From NCBI GenBank assembly GCA_965205505.1, contig CBDBHB010000007.1:576001-640000 (forward strand): a DNA stretch of 64,000 nucleotides, read 5' to 3'. Below are positions 11,283 through 22,050 of the stretch, in pieces (positions within the stretch are counted from its first letter, which is position 1; every line of letters begins with the position of its first letter). This DNA is from Acidobacteriota bacterium. GTDB taxonomy: Bacteria > Acidobacteriota > UBA890 > WLXD01. The notes below the pieces were generated by a model. It ran no database searches. It had not been told where the DNA came from and saw only the letters and a list, made by a program, of their open reading frames with translations. The translations under genes were made by a program, and so were the position numbers.

Positions 11283-11913
11283 CCTGGATGCTGTGCGCGA
11301 ATGGCGGCAGCAGACTGCACTCCAGTAGCAACGCGCGTATCTCCGGATGATGCGCAACGAGCCCACTCGCGACAGACACGACCTCTGACTCCATGCGAGC
11401 GACATTCAGGTCGTGCTGATCGCGGAAGACAACCTCTTCGAAGTGAGGACATCCCTCTAGCCCCGCTACAACGACGCTATCGGGATCAACTCCAGCACTT
11501 TGAAGGTGCCTCGACGTGAGATGTCGCGCGTCAGCCGTCATGATGCCGACCCGGTGACCGGACTTCAGCATACGGGCGATAAGAGGCACGAGTAGGAGGC
11601 TCGAAGCGAAGACTGGAACATCAACCGCCTCGGCCAGCTGGTCCTGGAACACAGCCGTGAATCCACAGCTGGTGGTAATCGCGCGGACTCCAGCTTCCTC
11701 GAGGCTCCGCGCTCCATCGATCCAGGGACCGATGACGTCGTTTGTCTCGCGGACGACACGCTCGCCGGTCGCACCAGGCACAACGTAGTGCAAGACCGGG
11801 AATGGGAAGGTTGTTGCGTTTCCGAGCGCTCCCGGCAAACGAGGAAAATGGCCCTCGATGACGAGAATACCAATCGTATGACCGTACAGGCTCGTCGTAC
11901 CGTGTACCTTCAT
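11283..11913 (-). pseudogene. Asp/Glu/hydantoin racemase family protein, C-terminus truncated
   Basis: IGILVIE..FPRLPGALGNATTFPFPV, ITTSCGF and LLECSLLPPF motifs; similarity stops after AHSIQD. Confidence 0.75.
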
Positions 11914-12506
11914 CTGGTACCTCGTCCGTCGCGAGAATCTTGGCCTGCGGCGAGCCACGCGACGTTGTTGTTCCTCGACGCCGAGGCATTCTCCTACGCC
12001 ATTTGTCTCCCGGCCAACGCCATGTTAGCCCGCAACAGGCCAACATCTCCGGTCGCTCCTGACTTTCACTCAGTGGAACCAGGCGCGGAGAGCCGGTTCC
12101 GCGCCTGTGAGCTGACGACGGTAAGTCGGCGAGTCTCTAGGAATGCTCGTGGCAATAACAGCGTAAGGATCGCGGCGACTCGAATCAGCGAAGGTATTGG
12201 TGCGCCTTGCATACGCCGCAGCCTAACTTCAGGCGCCCGGATCGGACAACTCCGCGACTTGAGTCGGCAAGCGATCAACACGCTCCTCCGCGCAAGTTGG
12301 CTCCATCAAGCGCCGGGAAACCGACATGGAATGCACCCATGCCGACTACCTCGCCTGATACCTACCGCCGACCGCTGATTCGAGATAAGGATCCCTGGAA
12401 AATACAATGCGCGTGTGATTGGATCACACCGTCTCCGCCTCGCTGAGGGAAGTATCGACTCGGAGGTGGCTATCTCGTCACATGGGCAGTCCGCAGAGGC
12501 GAGCCT

Positions 12507-13247
12507 ATGCACCCCGAACGGCTGGGCGACTTCAAGGTCCTGACATTCGACTGTTACGGGACGCTCATTGACTGGGAGACGGGAATCCTCAATGAGCTGA
12601 AGCCGTGGGCTGCTCGACACGGTCTGACTCTGGACGACGACACGCTGTTGGAGGCCTTCGCCGAGGAGGAGGCGGCGTGCGAGAGGACCACGCCAGAGAA
12701 GCTCTATCCTCAGATCCTCGCGGCGGTGCTCGGGCGGCTCGCGAAACGGTGGTCCGTAGCGCTCGACGAGGGGGAGGCCCCGGAGTTCGGAGGGTCCGTG
12801 GGCGCGTGGCCGGCGTTCGCCGACAGTCCGAAGGCTCTCGTGTACCTCCAGAAGCACTACAGCCTGGTCATCCTCTCCAACGTCGACCGCCGTTCCTTTG
12901 CGCTGAGCGAGTCGCGGCTGGGGATCAATTTCAAGCGAGTGATCACTGCAGAGCACGTCGGTTCCTACAAACCTGACGTGCGGAACTTCGAGTACATGCT
13001 GAAGGATCTGGAGCGGACGCTGGGGGCTGGACCTGAGGTGATCCTGCATACGGCACAGAGCCTCTTCCACGACATCGTCCCCGCGAAGGCCATGGGATTG
13101 ACGACGATGTGGATCAATCGCCGTAAGGCATCCGACAGATGGGGTGCCACACCGCCGCCGCCGGTCGAAGGTACGGGCGCAGCGCCGGATCTCGAGGTAG
13201 CGGGCATGGCGGAGTTCGTCTCGCTTCACCAGGCAGTCGTCGGGTGA
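12507..13247 (+). CDS. HAD-superfamily hydrolase (haloacid dehalogenase type II-like)
   Basis: LTFDCYGTLIDWE, LSNVD, SYKPD and HTAQSLFHDIVPA motifs. Confidence 0.9.
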   Translation: MHPERLGDFKVLTFDCYGTLIDWETGILNELKPWAARHGLTLDDDTLLEAFAEEEAACERTTPEKLYPQILAAVLGRLAKRWSVALDEGEAPEFGGSVGAWPAFADSPKALVYLQKHYSLVILSNVDRRSFALSESRLGINFKRVITAEHVGSYKPDVRNFEYMLKDLERTLGAGPEVILHTAQSLFHDIVPAKAMGLTTMWINRRKASDRWGATPPPPVEGTGAAPDLEVAGMAEFVSLHQAVVG

Positions 13248-13353
13248 TCGTGGGGCCCGCGCCGGCCTTCGGACCGGCCCCTGGGCACAGGGACCATTGG
13301 CGGCCCGGTGAAAGCTCCCGGTTTCTGCCACACCCGTGCACTAGGAAACACAG

Positions 13354-15330
13354 ATGAACGACAGCGATCGCGCGTTGGGAATGCACCGACCCATCAAGCG
13401 TCGAGACTTCGTCGCCGGGGTCAGCGCGGTGATCGGTGGAACCATGGCCATCCCGGGAATCACCCGGCCCGCGGCTCCGATGTCGCTTCAAGTCAGATCA
13501 GTCAACGCCCAGAGCTACCCGCCTCTCCGTACAGGGATGCGCGGTGCCCACCCGGGGTCCTTCGAGGCGGCGCACAGGACACGCGACGGGGCCAACTGGG
13601 AAGGATCGGAACCCGTTGACGAAAGTTACGACGCCATCGTCGTCGGAGGTGGTCTCAGCGGTCTGGCTGCGGCGTACTTCTATCGTCAGATGGCAGGCCC
13701 GGAAGCTCGGATCCTGATCCTCGACAATCACGATGACTTCGGTGGCCACGCCAGGCGAAACGAGTTCGAGACGGATGCCGGGACGCTGATCTCGAACGGG
13801 GGGTCGTCCTACATGGTTCGGCCCGTGACCTACTCGGCGCCTGTCATGGCCATGCTCCGCGATATTGGTGTCGAGCTCGACGAGCCAACGAACGTAGCGG
13901 ATTCAAGCGCGTTCCGCAGCCGGGGGATGGTGCGAGGGACGTTCTTCGACCGCGAGACCTTTGGAGAGGACCGGCTGGTCACAGGAGGCAGACTTTCGCA
14001 GCCGACGCGGGAGTTCCTCGACCGGACGCCCTTGTCGGAGCACGTCCGGACGGACATTCGTCGACTTCATGCCGGGGCGGACTACCTCGCCGGCATGTCG
14101 GTGGTGGAGAAGGAAGCCTATCTGCAGCGGATCAGCTATCGAGATTATCTGCTTGACGTCGCGAAGGTCCATCCCGACGTGCTTCCCCTGGTCGGGAGCG
14201 TCTGGGCGCTTTCGCAGGACACGGCGAGCGCCTGGTTCGCCTTCTATCGCGGTGGCATGGGCTTCGAGGGCCTCGACCTGACGCGCCCGCCCTTCTCTCC
14301 GGAGCGGTCCGAGGAGGGGCACGAATCAGTGAGCTTCCCCGCCGGCAACTCCGACATCGCGCGGCTCATCGTTCGCTCTCTGATTCCGGCCGCCCTTCCG
14401 GCGGGGCGAATGGCGGACGTCATCCTGGATCGCGTTGACTATACGAAGCTCGACGACCCGCGCTCACCGGTGCGGATCCGGCTGAACAGCACCGCTGTTC
14501 AGGTCAAGCATCTGGGCGAGACCCCCGTCGGCCGCCTGCGCACGGACGATCGGGAGACCGAGGTTACCTACGTTCGGGAGGACAGGCTGTATCGGGTTGG
14601 CTCGAAGGGGGCGATTCTCGCCTGCGACAACTCGGTGATCCCGTACATCTGTCCGGAGTTACCCGAGGATCAGCGGGAAGCACTCCTCCTCGCGGACCGG
14701 GCGGTAAACATGATGACAACGGTCTTGGTTCGGACCTGGACGTCGTTCGAACGGCTAGGCATCAGCGGAGTGGACAGCCCGGGGATGTTTTACAACACCT
14801 TCAATCTCCGTACGCCGAGACACTTCGGCACATACCGGCCGGAACTCGACCCTGTGGACCCCGCCCTGGTCGGATTGCAGAGCCCGTCCGGCGTTCTGCA
14901 CCACCGAACCATGGTTCGGGAGCTGTTCGACGGCAATCCACCCGCACCCGGCACTCCGCTCCGGGAGCAACTTGCGGCGCTTCGGACCCGCGTGTTGAGA
15001 ACCCCGTTCGAGGACTTCGAGCGTCGGATCCGGGCGCAGCTTGCGCGAGTCCTTTCGCCCGGTGGCTTTGATCCCGCACGCGACATCGAGAGCATCACGA
15101 TCAACCGCTGGCCGCACGGGTTCGCGATGGGAACCAACGCTCTGTTCGATCCCGCCGAGTGGACGGGCGAGAACCACCCCACGGTCGCGGGTCACAAGCC
15201 CTTCGGGAGGATCACCATCGCGAACTCTGATGCAGCTGGCCTAAGCCTCGCGCAGGCGGCAATGGGCGAGGGTTATCGTGCTGCGACCGAATTGGTACCT
15301 CGGAACTACGGGTACTTCAGCGAAATCTGA
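13354..15330 (+). CDS. Spermidine dehydrogenase-like FAD oxidoreductase with Tat signal (paralog of 5047-6963)
   Basis: IKRRDFVAG, YPPLRTGMRGAHPGSFEAAH, GGGLSGL, LDNHDDFGGHARRNEF, FPAGNSDIARL and NRWPHG motifs. Confidence 0.85.
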   Translation: MNDSDRALGMHRPIKRRDFVAGVSAVIGGTMAIPGITRPAAPMSLQVRSVNAQSYPPLRTGMRGAHPGSFEAAHRTRDGANWEGSEPVDESYDAIVVGGGLSGLAAAYFYRQMAGPEARILILDNHDDFGGHARRNEFETDAGTLISNGGSSYMVRPVTYSAPVMAMLRDIGVELDEPTNVADSSAFRSRGMVRGTFFDRETFGEDRLVTGGRLSQPTREFLDRTPLSEHVRTDIRRLHAGADYLAGMSVVEKEAYLQRISYRDYLLDVAKVHPDVLPLVGSVWALSQDTASAWFAFYRGGMGFEGLDLTRPPFSPERSEEGHESVSFPAGNSDIARLIVRSLIPAALPAGRMADVILDRVDYTKLDDPRSPVRIRLNSTAVQVKHLGETPVGRLRTDDRETEVTYVREDRLYRVGSKGAILACDNSVIPYICPELPEDQREALLLADRAVNMMTTVLVRTWTSFERLGISGVDSPGMFYNTFNLRTPRHFGTYRPELDPVDPALVGLQSPSGVLHHRTMVRELFDGNPPAPGTPLREQLAALRTRVLRTPFEDFERRIRAQLARVLSPGGFDPARDIESITINRWPHGFAMGTNALFDPAEWTGENHPTVAGHKPFGRITIANSDAAGLSLAQAAMGEGYRAATELVPRNYGYFSEI

Positions 15331-15508
15331 CTGATTGGCTCCGCATGTACCCTTGTCCGGTCATCGATCACGCCACCGCTTTAGGGTTCCTCCGATATCG
15401 GACAGACCGCGGATTCGTGCTTACGTGGGCTCGTTGCGACTGGCCGAAGCGAATCGCGAGTGATCACCTCGTGCGGATGGAGCCCGCTACCTACCCCAGA
15501 CGTGGGCG

Positions 15509-15624
15509 GACTTCTTGCTAAACTCCGGGCACAATCCGGGCACAGTCCGAAACCGCCCGTTCGTAAGTGCCCATGAATAAAGGGAGCGCCCGTAGCTCAG
15601 CTGGATAGAGCAGCGGACTTCTAA
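15509..15624 (+). repeat. att-like junction: arm-like sequence plus 5' half of tRNA-Arg(TCT) (15586-15624)
   Basis: gacttcttgctaaact, gggcaca direct repeats and cgtaagtNcccatgaataaagggag shared with 7188-7276, followed by the 39-bp tRNA 5' half. Confidence 0.85.
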
Positions 15625-15879
15625 GTTTCCGCCCCGTTTTTGGACAGAGCTGTATCGGGCTGGATTCCTTTGGAATCAACGGCGGTTACGCAGATTCCTT
15701 TCCAGCTAGATATATCTAGGGATATACAGAATCCGGCGCTGTTTGGAAGAGAATCTGCAAGGATTGTGCAAGCAGGCCGAGACCACGATCGGAGTTCGGG
15801 TTCGCGAATCTCGGGATCCGGATCCAGAGCGCTCGGCCGGTCGGGCCAGTCGGTCCGTGATATAGAACTCGAGCAGAAG

Positions 15880-16536
15880 CTAGGTTGCCGCAGGGCTGCT
15901 GAGCACGTAGTAGATAACCAGAGCGACGATCCCAACAAAGCCGGCCCAAAGCGATTTTCGCAAGGCCGCGTACTTCCTCTGGCACACGCCGGCGAGCTCG
16001 TGGACGTGACGGAGTGTTTCACCCACGAGCTCCGCTTCGGCGAGCCCTACTACATGGTCTGAGTACTCGGCTGCTGAACCATACTCTGAGACCGCATCGA
16101 AAAAGAGGGCCCCTCGCTTTGATCCTTGCTGTCGCGGAACCACAACCCAAAGTGATAGCAAGACGGAAACGCTGATGCAGACGCTAGCTACGACACTCCA
16201 ACCGTCGGCAAAAGCCCATGTGCGCGGGTCCCGCATGGACCCGCTGATGGGAGAGAGTGTGTGCAGATACGACAGGAGCGCGATTCCAATAGCGAAAATA
16301 AAGCCTGCCTTGCGATCAGCAAGGCGGATGAAGTCACGAACGTACGCGTGAGCATGCCAAGCGAACCGCGCGGTGTCGTCCCGAATCACCCCAGCAGTGC
16401 CGGCGAACGCCCCCACATCGCTTTCCCGAGGTACAGCTGGTTCGGTCAGTGGGAGCGCTTTGTCATGAAGCTCGGTGGGTGTCTCGATCGCCGTCGGTTC
16501 GTTCTTTCTTCTCTGATGGTCGTTTCGATCAGACAT
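15880..16536 (-). CDS. Pycsar-type transmembrane effector (PycTM/DUF5706-like)
   Basis: IRLADRKAGFIF, three hydrophobic helices, VVPR, LFFDAV and KYAALRKS pattern; starts 2 bp after a nucleotide cyclase. Confidence 0.8.
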   Translation of the reverse strand: MSDRNDHQRRKNEPTAIETPTELHDKALPLTEPAVPRESDVGAFAGTAGVIRDDTARFAWHAHAYVRDFIRLADRKAGFIFAIGIALLSYLHTLSPISGSMRDPRTWAFADGWSVVASVCISVSVLLSLWVVVPRQQGSKRGALFFDAVSEYGSAAEYSDHVVGLAEAELVGETLRHVHELAGVCQRKYAALRKSLWAGFVGIVALVIYYVLSSPAAT

Positions 16537-16538
16537 CT

Positions 16539-16945
16539 CTAGATGAGCCTAGCCCAGCGCCCGTCATAGCGGTACAGGGGATAGCTGAGCCCAGAAAGCC
16601 GGTAAGTCCAGCCGGTCTCCAGGGGTAAACGAGTCGCGAATGCCCGGCTCCAGTCTTGTGGAAGCTCGAGCGTTGCTTTCTCACCGAGCACGATGTCACC
16701 CGGCTTAGCGTGCTTGAGCATCTTGGAAGCGAAGTTGGCGGCGTCCCCCACAGCGACGACCGCGTTGAAGCGCCTTGCGGCACCCAAGCGGGCGAGAGTT
16801 ACGAAGCCGTGATCAATGGAAATCCTGAACCGTATTTCTGGGACAGCGGCTCTCCGAAGTACGGGGTTAACCAGATGTTCTGTCGCGGCCATCATCGTCA
16901 ACGCCGCGGCCAGGGAGCGATGCGACCCACCTGCGGGCGGGCTGC
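16539..16945 (-). pseudogene. Class III nucleotide cyclase (Pycsar PycC-like), C-terminal part only, cut by IS3
   Basis: FRISIDHG..VGDAANFASKMLKHAKPGDIVLGE cyclase motifs; frame runs into the IS end at 16946. Confidence 0.8.
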
Positions 16946-17011
16946 TGACCTGACCCCCCAAAACGGATCCAGAGGTAATCTCACGATCTGGGTCGAAAAG
17001 GGGAGGTCAGA

Positions 17012-17290
17012 ATGCCGACGAAGAGGCACAGCGCCGAGCAGATCGTACGCAAGCTCCGGGAGGCTGAAGTGGAGCTGGCGCAAGGCGGGACGGTCAAGGA
17101 TGCCTGCCGCAAGCTAGCGATCACCGAGCACACCTACTATCGGTGGCGGCGGGAGTACGGGGGGCTGAAGGTCAACCAGGCCAGAAGGCTCAAGCAGCTG
17201 GAGAAAGAAAACGCCCGGCTCAAGAAACTGGTGGCGGAGAAAGAGCTCGACCTGTCGATCCTGAAGGAAGTCGCGGAGGGAAACTTCTGA
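17012..17290 (+). CDS. IS3 transposase OrfA
   Basis: [26 protein letters not shown] and coiled coil, ends EGNF. Confidence 0.9.
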   Translation: MPTKRHSAEQIVRKLREAEVELAQGGTVKDACRKLAITEHTYYRWRREYGGLKVNQARRLKQLEKENARLKKLVAEKELDLSILKEVAEGNF

Positions 17291-18171
17291 GCCCAGCTCG
17301 ACGGCGCGAGGCGGTGGCGCATGTACAGGGGCGGCTGGGCGTCTCCGAGAGGCGGGCGTGCCGGGTACTGAAACAACCACGCACGACACACAGGTACATG
17401 CCAAGAGAACCGGGCGATGAGCAGATGTTGACGGAGCGGATCGTGGATCTAGCCCGACAATACGGGCGCTACGGGTATCGGCGAGTGACGGCGTTGTTGC
17501 GTATGGAGGGCTGGTGGGTGAACCACAAACGAGTGCAGCGTATCTGGAGGCGTGAGGGGCTGAAAGTACCGACAAAGCAGCCCAAACGAGCCCGGCTGTG
17601 GCTCAGCGATGGCTCGTGCATCCGGCTGCGACCACAGCGCAAAGATCACGTCTGGGCGTATGACTTCGTCCATCACCGGACGCACGAGGGTCGGGCTATG
17701 AGGCTGCTGACGATCGTCGATGAGTACACACGAGAAAGCCTGGCGATCGACGTGGCACGGAAGCTCAACTGTGAGGACGTGCTCGAGCGGCTCGGGTGGT
17801 TGTTCGTGCACCGGGGCATACCTGAGCACATCCGGTCCGATAACGGACCGGAGTTCACCGCCGAGGCGGTTCGCGACTGGCTCGGTAGGCTCGGTGTGGG
17901 CACGCTGTTCATCGAGCCGGGCTCGCCGTGGGAGAACGGCTACGTGGAGAGCTTCAACGGCAAGCTCCGAGACGAGCTGCTCAACGGCGAGATCTTCTAC
18001 ACGCTCAAGGAGGCAAAGGTTCTGATCGAGAGATGGAGGCAGCAGTACAACCGCATGCGACCGCACAGCTCGTTGGGCTACCGACCACCGGCCCCGGAGG
18101 CGCTGTTGTTGAAGCCGGCTACGCTCCGCTTCGCCGGCCTCAACAACCCCTTGTCAGCACCGAGTTACTGA
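17287..18171 (+). CDS. IS3 transposase OrfB (DDE), reached by -1 frameshift
   Basis: [31 protein letters not shown] and [12 protein letters not shown] motifs. Confidence 0.9.
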   Translation: MSPARRREAVAHVQGRLGVSERRACRVLKQPRTTHRYMPREPGDEQMLTERIVDLARQYGRYGYRRVTALLRMEGWWVNHKRVQRIWRREGLKVPTKQPKRARLWLSDGSCIRLRPQRKDHVWAYDFVHHRTHEGRAMRLLTIVDEYTRESLAIDVARKLNCEDVLERLGWLFVHRGIPEHIRSDNGPEFTAEAVRDWLGRLGVGTLFIEPGSPWENGYVESFNGKLRDELLNGEIFYTLKEAKVLIERWRQQYNRMRPHSSLGYRPPAPEALLLKPATLRFAGLNNPLSAPSY

Positions 18172-18264
18172 GATAAGACGTGGTACTAACCGTGGGGTCA
18201 GGTCACTCCGGCACCGGCGCATCCGTGGTCGGCGCGCACCCGGTGACGACTACGAGAAGGGCGA

Positions 18265-18792
18265 TCAGAACGTGGCGCAAACGCGGGCCTCCTCCCACAA
18301 GACGGCTCGGTGGTTGAAACGCACCTTGATCGCCTCGATCACCGCTTCCACCGCTGCGACGAACGAGTCGCGGTCCGAGAGTGGATGCAGGATCACGATC
18401 ATCCGTCCGGCGCTCGTACCGGCACGGCCGTCGCGACGCTGCCACCAACCCGTCGTTTCGATCACGCTGCCCCCGTCCGGGAAGTGCGGAATGAGAACTT
18501 CGTTGACCAGCGAGTCCCAGCGCTCGTCGGGTGCGCCGTCGGTGTTGCGGCCGCTCATGTAGAGAGCCGCCCGGAGGTAGGGCTGCAGTGGTGCCGGACA
18601 CACCGACGCCAGCGTCTCCGCAGGCGTGCCGCGCGGCGCATTCGCGGTAGACGCGCAGCCGGCGATTGCCACGGCGGTCGATAGCGAGCCGACCAGCAAC
18701 ACCGGCGTCCATACCGATTTCGGTGCGGCACGACCGTGCGGCCCGCTACGGCGCGCCTCGGTGCTTCGCGCCCGGAGCTGCCATCGGTGCAT
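18265..18792 (-). CDS. DUF3574-like lipoprotein
   Basis: Lipobox IAGC; EVLIPHFPDGGSVIETTGWW..VILHP..FNHRAVL pattern; TGATG overlap with upstream gene. Confidence 0.65.
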   Translation of the reverse strand: MHRWQLRARSTEARRSGPHGRAAPKSVWTPVLLVGSLSTAVAIAGCASTANAPRGTPAETLASVCPAPLQPYLRAALYMSGRNTDGAPDERWDSLVNEVLIPHFPDGGSVIETTGWWQRRDGRAGTSAGRMIVILHPLSDRDSFVAAVEAVIEAIKVRFNHRAVLWEEARVCATF

Positions 18793-18972
18793 CAGGCCTG
18801 CCACCGAGTCCGACCGCCGACCACCGTGCGCACCACGCCGATCTCCTTGATGCCATCGGGGTCGACATCGTGCGGGTCCGCCTTGAGCAGCACGAAATCG
18901 GCCAGCTTGCCGGCAGTGATCGAGCCCTTGATGTCTTCCTCGAACGAGGCGTAGGCACCGTGCATGGTGCAG
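18792..18972 (-). pseudogene. Amidohydrolase-3 family C-terminal fragment
   Basis: TMHGAYASFEEDIKGSITAGKLADFVLL..VRTVVGG; ends abruptly at an AT-rich segment. Confidence 0.7.
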
Positions 18973-19559
18973 AATAGTTTACAGGAACTTCTAGTAGACT
19001 ATCACCTCACTATTCCCACCATTAAATCGGGGAATAAAGCGAACTTCTCCGGACCTCTGGGGAGCCCTGAACACACCGAGCGCCAGGGCCGCAATCGCAC
19101 CCGGCGAGAGCCGACAAGATACAGCACATTGGGATTAAGATAGAGAACGCTAAGCTTAAGAAAGAGAACCCTAAGCTTGAGCTAGAGGACAAGCCTAAGT
19201 GGACGCCCTGTGAAATCCTCTGGATTCATAAGATTCACTCGTTCTGGTTCAACGCCACAGCAAGTTTGTTCGGCTCCGCAGCGCTCCCGATACTTGGTCA
19301 CGTAGCATGTAGACTGGATAGCGTCAATAAGATGACCATCGGAACAGCAGCACTACTGGCTTTCTTGGCTCTTCTTGCCTTCGGTGGAATAAGGGCATCC
19401 TGCCTGAAATGACCTACCGAGAGGGCTTGTTCAGTTTCTTCCGGAAGAGTAGACCCGAGTCCTCTTGACTCTAGTCGGTCTATTCAGCGACTCTGTCGGC
19501 TAGGCGGAGCTTGAAAGACGAAGAATAAGAACGACGGAAGAGAACAGAGGAAGTGTTAA

Positions 19560-20327
19560 GTGGAATCCAGTCCGACCGATAGCAAGACATGGCACTACGA
19601 CCGGCACGGGGTTCCGCTTCTGACTGCTAAGCAGGTCGAAGAGATCGCCCAGGATTTTCTGCAAACTTACTGCCCGACGCATCTGTCCAATCCAGGCACG
19701 CTGCCAGTCTCTACAATTCTCCAAAAAGTTCAAGCCCGGGATGGGCTGCGTGTATCGTTTCCTGACTTGGGACAAACTGATGGCAAAAGAATCCGTGGTC
19801 GGATCACGTTCTCGCAGCAACGAATTGACCTTGATTCTGGACTGCTGTCGGACGACCGATCTAAGTGGTTCGCCTTCACAGCGATGCACGAGTTAGGGCA
19901 TTGGGTTCTTCACCGGTACAGACCCATTCGTTGGGCAAAGGCTGGCGTTCTCACCGACGGTCGCCCGAGGAGACTAAGAAACCGACTAGAGATCGGTGCG
20001 CCCGATTGGATAGAGTGGCAAGCAAACAAGTTTGCAGCGTTCGCGCTCATGCCTCGTCGTCCGTTTCTCCGGGCGCTCGAACAAGTTCAGAGCGAGCAAG
20101 GATTGTCGCGCCGCGGCGAAGTGTGGGTAAACAACAGCAATGTCGCTGACTACAAAAAGACGTACGCAGGCCTGGCAAGAAAATTCGGCGTATCTATGAC
20201 TGCTGTCCGGTATCAGCTTAACGATTTACAGCTTCATAGGGGAAATGAGGAGCGCTACGAGGCCAACACATGGAAAAGGGTCACCGCTGCGCATGAGACA
20301 ATGGTGACCCTAGGAGTGGACTGCTGA
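19560..20327 (+). CDS. ImmA/IrrE family metallo-endopeptidase
   Basis: FTAMHELGHWVLH (HExxH), EWQANKFAAFALMP and C-terminal LARKFGVS HTH. Confidence 0.88.
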   Translation: MESSPTDSKTWHYDRHGVPLLTAKQVEEIAQDFLQTYCPTHLSNPGTLPVSTILQKVQARDGLRVSFPDLGQTDGKRIRGRITFSQQRIDLDSGLLSDDRSKWFAFTAMHELGHWVLHRYRPIRWAKAGVLTDGRPRRLRNRLEIGAPDWIEWQANKFAAFALMPRRPFLRALEQVQSEQGLSRRGEVWVNNSNVADYKKTYAGLARKFGVSMTAVRYQLNDLQLHRGNEERYEANTWKRVTAAHETMVTLGVDC

Positions 20328-20805
20328 GATAAGGACACACCCTGGTGTACCCTACGTGCCGGATGAGCGCGCTCACACTGCCGCCAGCGGTATCAAGCTC
20401 CGCGTTCAACTTGTCGTCCAACTCCTCCCCGCGGCTCGCCTTCGGCTCGAGCCGGCCAGCCTGAACAGATCGCCAGACCTGCCCAGGGAAATTCGTGAGA
20501 GAAAAGGACAGTGCCTGAACGTCGTCTTGTGCTTTGTGGATCAGTGGGAGGACTTCCCGGAAGATACTGATTCGGAGCTGGTCTCGAAGCATGCTCCGCT
20601 GTGCCGTGAATGCACTCTCGGTGCTTCGTCGGAATTCAAGCGCGCCTAACCGGACCAGCAGGAGCCAGCCAATCACGGTCAGCACGTGCAGGCGACGGCG
20701 CTTCACGTGTGGATCATCAGGCTGGCGAGAAAGACACCAAGCACCTGCGAGCTTAACGGCTATACACGGATCAGCGCTCAGCTCGTGATCTCGATGCGAG
20801 AGGAA

Positions 20806-21888
20806 CTAGTGTAGCGTCTCTAAAATGGCTTTACAGCGATTAACTTTGTCGATGATCTGCTGGGCGGAAGCACTCCAAACATAGGGCTTGGGATCGTCGT
20901 TGTAGTTGGCAATGAAGTTCTCGATGTTTTGGATGAGTGCTTGGACGGAAGGAAACGCAGCTCGTCGGACGCTTTTTGTTGTCAGCTCAGCGAACCAGCG
21001 CTCCACCAGGTTCAGCCACGAGGAGCTTGTTGGAATGAAGTGCAGGTAAAAGCGACGATGCCGAGACAACCACTTCTTCACATTGGGGTGCGTGTGGGTG
21101 CCGTAGTTGTCAACGATCAGATGCAGATCTAGTTCCTGGGGGAACTCGCGGTCGAGCTTGCGTAGGAACTTCAAGAACTCTTGATGCCGATGACGCGGCA
21201 GACACTGACCGATGACGGTTCCGTCCAGCATGTTCAGGGCGGCGAAAAGGCTCGTCGTACCGTGGCGCTTGTAGTCGTGGGTCATGGTTCCGGCACGGCC
21301 CTTCTTGAGCGGCAACGACGGCTGCGTGCGGTCCAAAGCCTGAATCTGAGACTTCTCATCCACGCACAGCACTACAGCCCGATCTGGCGGATTCATGTAC
21401 AGGCCGACCACGTCGGTGAGCTTGTCCACGAAGTGGGGATCCTTGGAGAGCTTGAACGTCTTGACCAAGTGAGGCTTGAGTCCGTGAGCGTCCCAGATCC
21501 GCTGGACCGTGGCGGCACTGACCCCTTGCGCCTTGGCCATCGTTCGGCACGACCAATGAGTGGCGTTGGGTGGCTTGGTGTGCAACGTTGCTTCGACGAT
21601 CTGTTTGATCTTGTCCCGGGAGATGGACCGGGGTCGTCCACGTCCCGGCCTGGTCTGCCCCAGCGCCACGGGACCTGCTTTCTCGAACCGCCTTCTCCAC
21701 ATGATCACAGTCGGCCGGCTGATGCCGAGCTGATCAGCAATCCCGCTATTGGACTCGCCATCTGCCGCCAGCAGGATGATCCCGGCACGAGTCGCTACTG
21801 ACTGTGGTGTGCTGGGGGCTCGGAGCCAGGCTTCCAGAACGTCTCGATCCTTGTCCGCGAGCGCTATCGGTTCTGCTTTTGTGGCCAT
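20806..21888 (-). CDS. IS630 transposase
   Basis: VDEKSQIQALDRTQP, THDYKRHGT, VDNYGTH and SSWLNLVERWF DDE motifs. Confidence 0.93.
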   Translation of the reverse strand: MATKAEPIALADKDRDVLEAWLRAPSTPQSVATRAGIILLAADGESNSGIADQLGISRPTVIMWRRRFEKAGPVALGQTRPGRGRPRSISRDKIKQIVEATLHTKPPNATHWSCRTMAKAQGVSAATVQRIWDAHGLKPHLVKTFKLSKDPHFVDKLTDVVGLYMNPPDRAVVLCVDEKSQIQALDRTQPSLPLKKGRAGTMTHDYKRHGTTSLFAALNMLDGTVIGQCLPRHRHQEFLKFLRKLDREFPQELDLHLIVDNYGTHTHPNVKKWLSRHRRFYLHFIPTSSSWLNLVERWFAELTTKSVRRAAFPSVQALIQNIENFIANYNDDPKPYVWSASAQQIIDKVNRCKAILETLH

Positions 21889-21948
21889 GCGAAGCACAAT
21901 ACAATGGTCTTCATCTAATGTAAAGCTATTTACGATACACTATACTAG
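20806..21948 (-). mobile_element. IS630-family insertion sequence flanked by CTAG
   Basis: Imperfect 30-bp IRs ctagtgtagcgtctctaaaatggctttaca / tgtaaagctatttacgatacactatactag; TA/CTAG target typical of IS630. Confidence 0.9.
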
Positions 21949-22050
21949 GCTTGGTAGAGGAGGGAGAGAGTGAGGGAATGCTAACTGCGCTCCTGGCTTT
22001 GTCCTCAGACGAAGAGGGCGACACGGCGCGAAACGACGAGGCCCCGAACG

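Larger units (their letters stand above)
16946..18205 (+). mobile_element. IS3-family insertion sequence (IS407-like), 1260 bp
   Basis: Terminal IRs tgacctgacccc / ggggtcaggtca; orfA/orfB with GGGAAAC -1 frameshift signal; no flanking direct repeat. Confidence 0.92.

Noticed and set aside
7277-15624. tRNA 5' halves as split (trans-spliced) tRNA genes
   Set aside because: No separate 3' half with complementary leader is visible, an intact gene exists nearby, and the integrase context explains the halves better.
20281-20706. Possible membrane-anchored hypothetical gene
   Set aside because: No recognisable motif, uncertain start, and it overlaps the ImmA/IrrE gene end; support is too weak.
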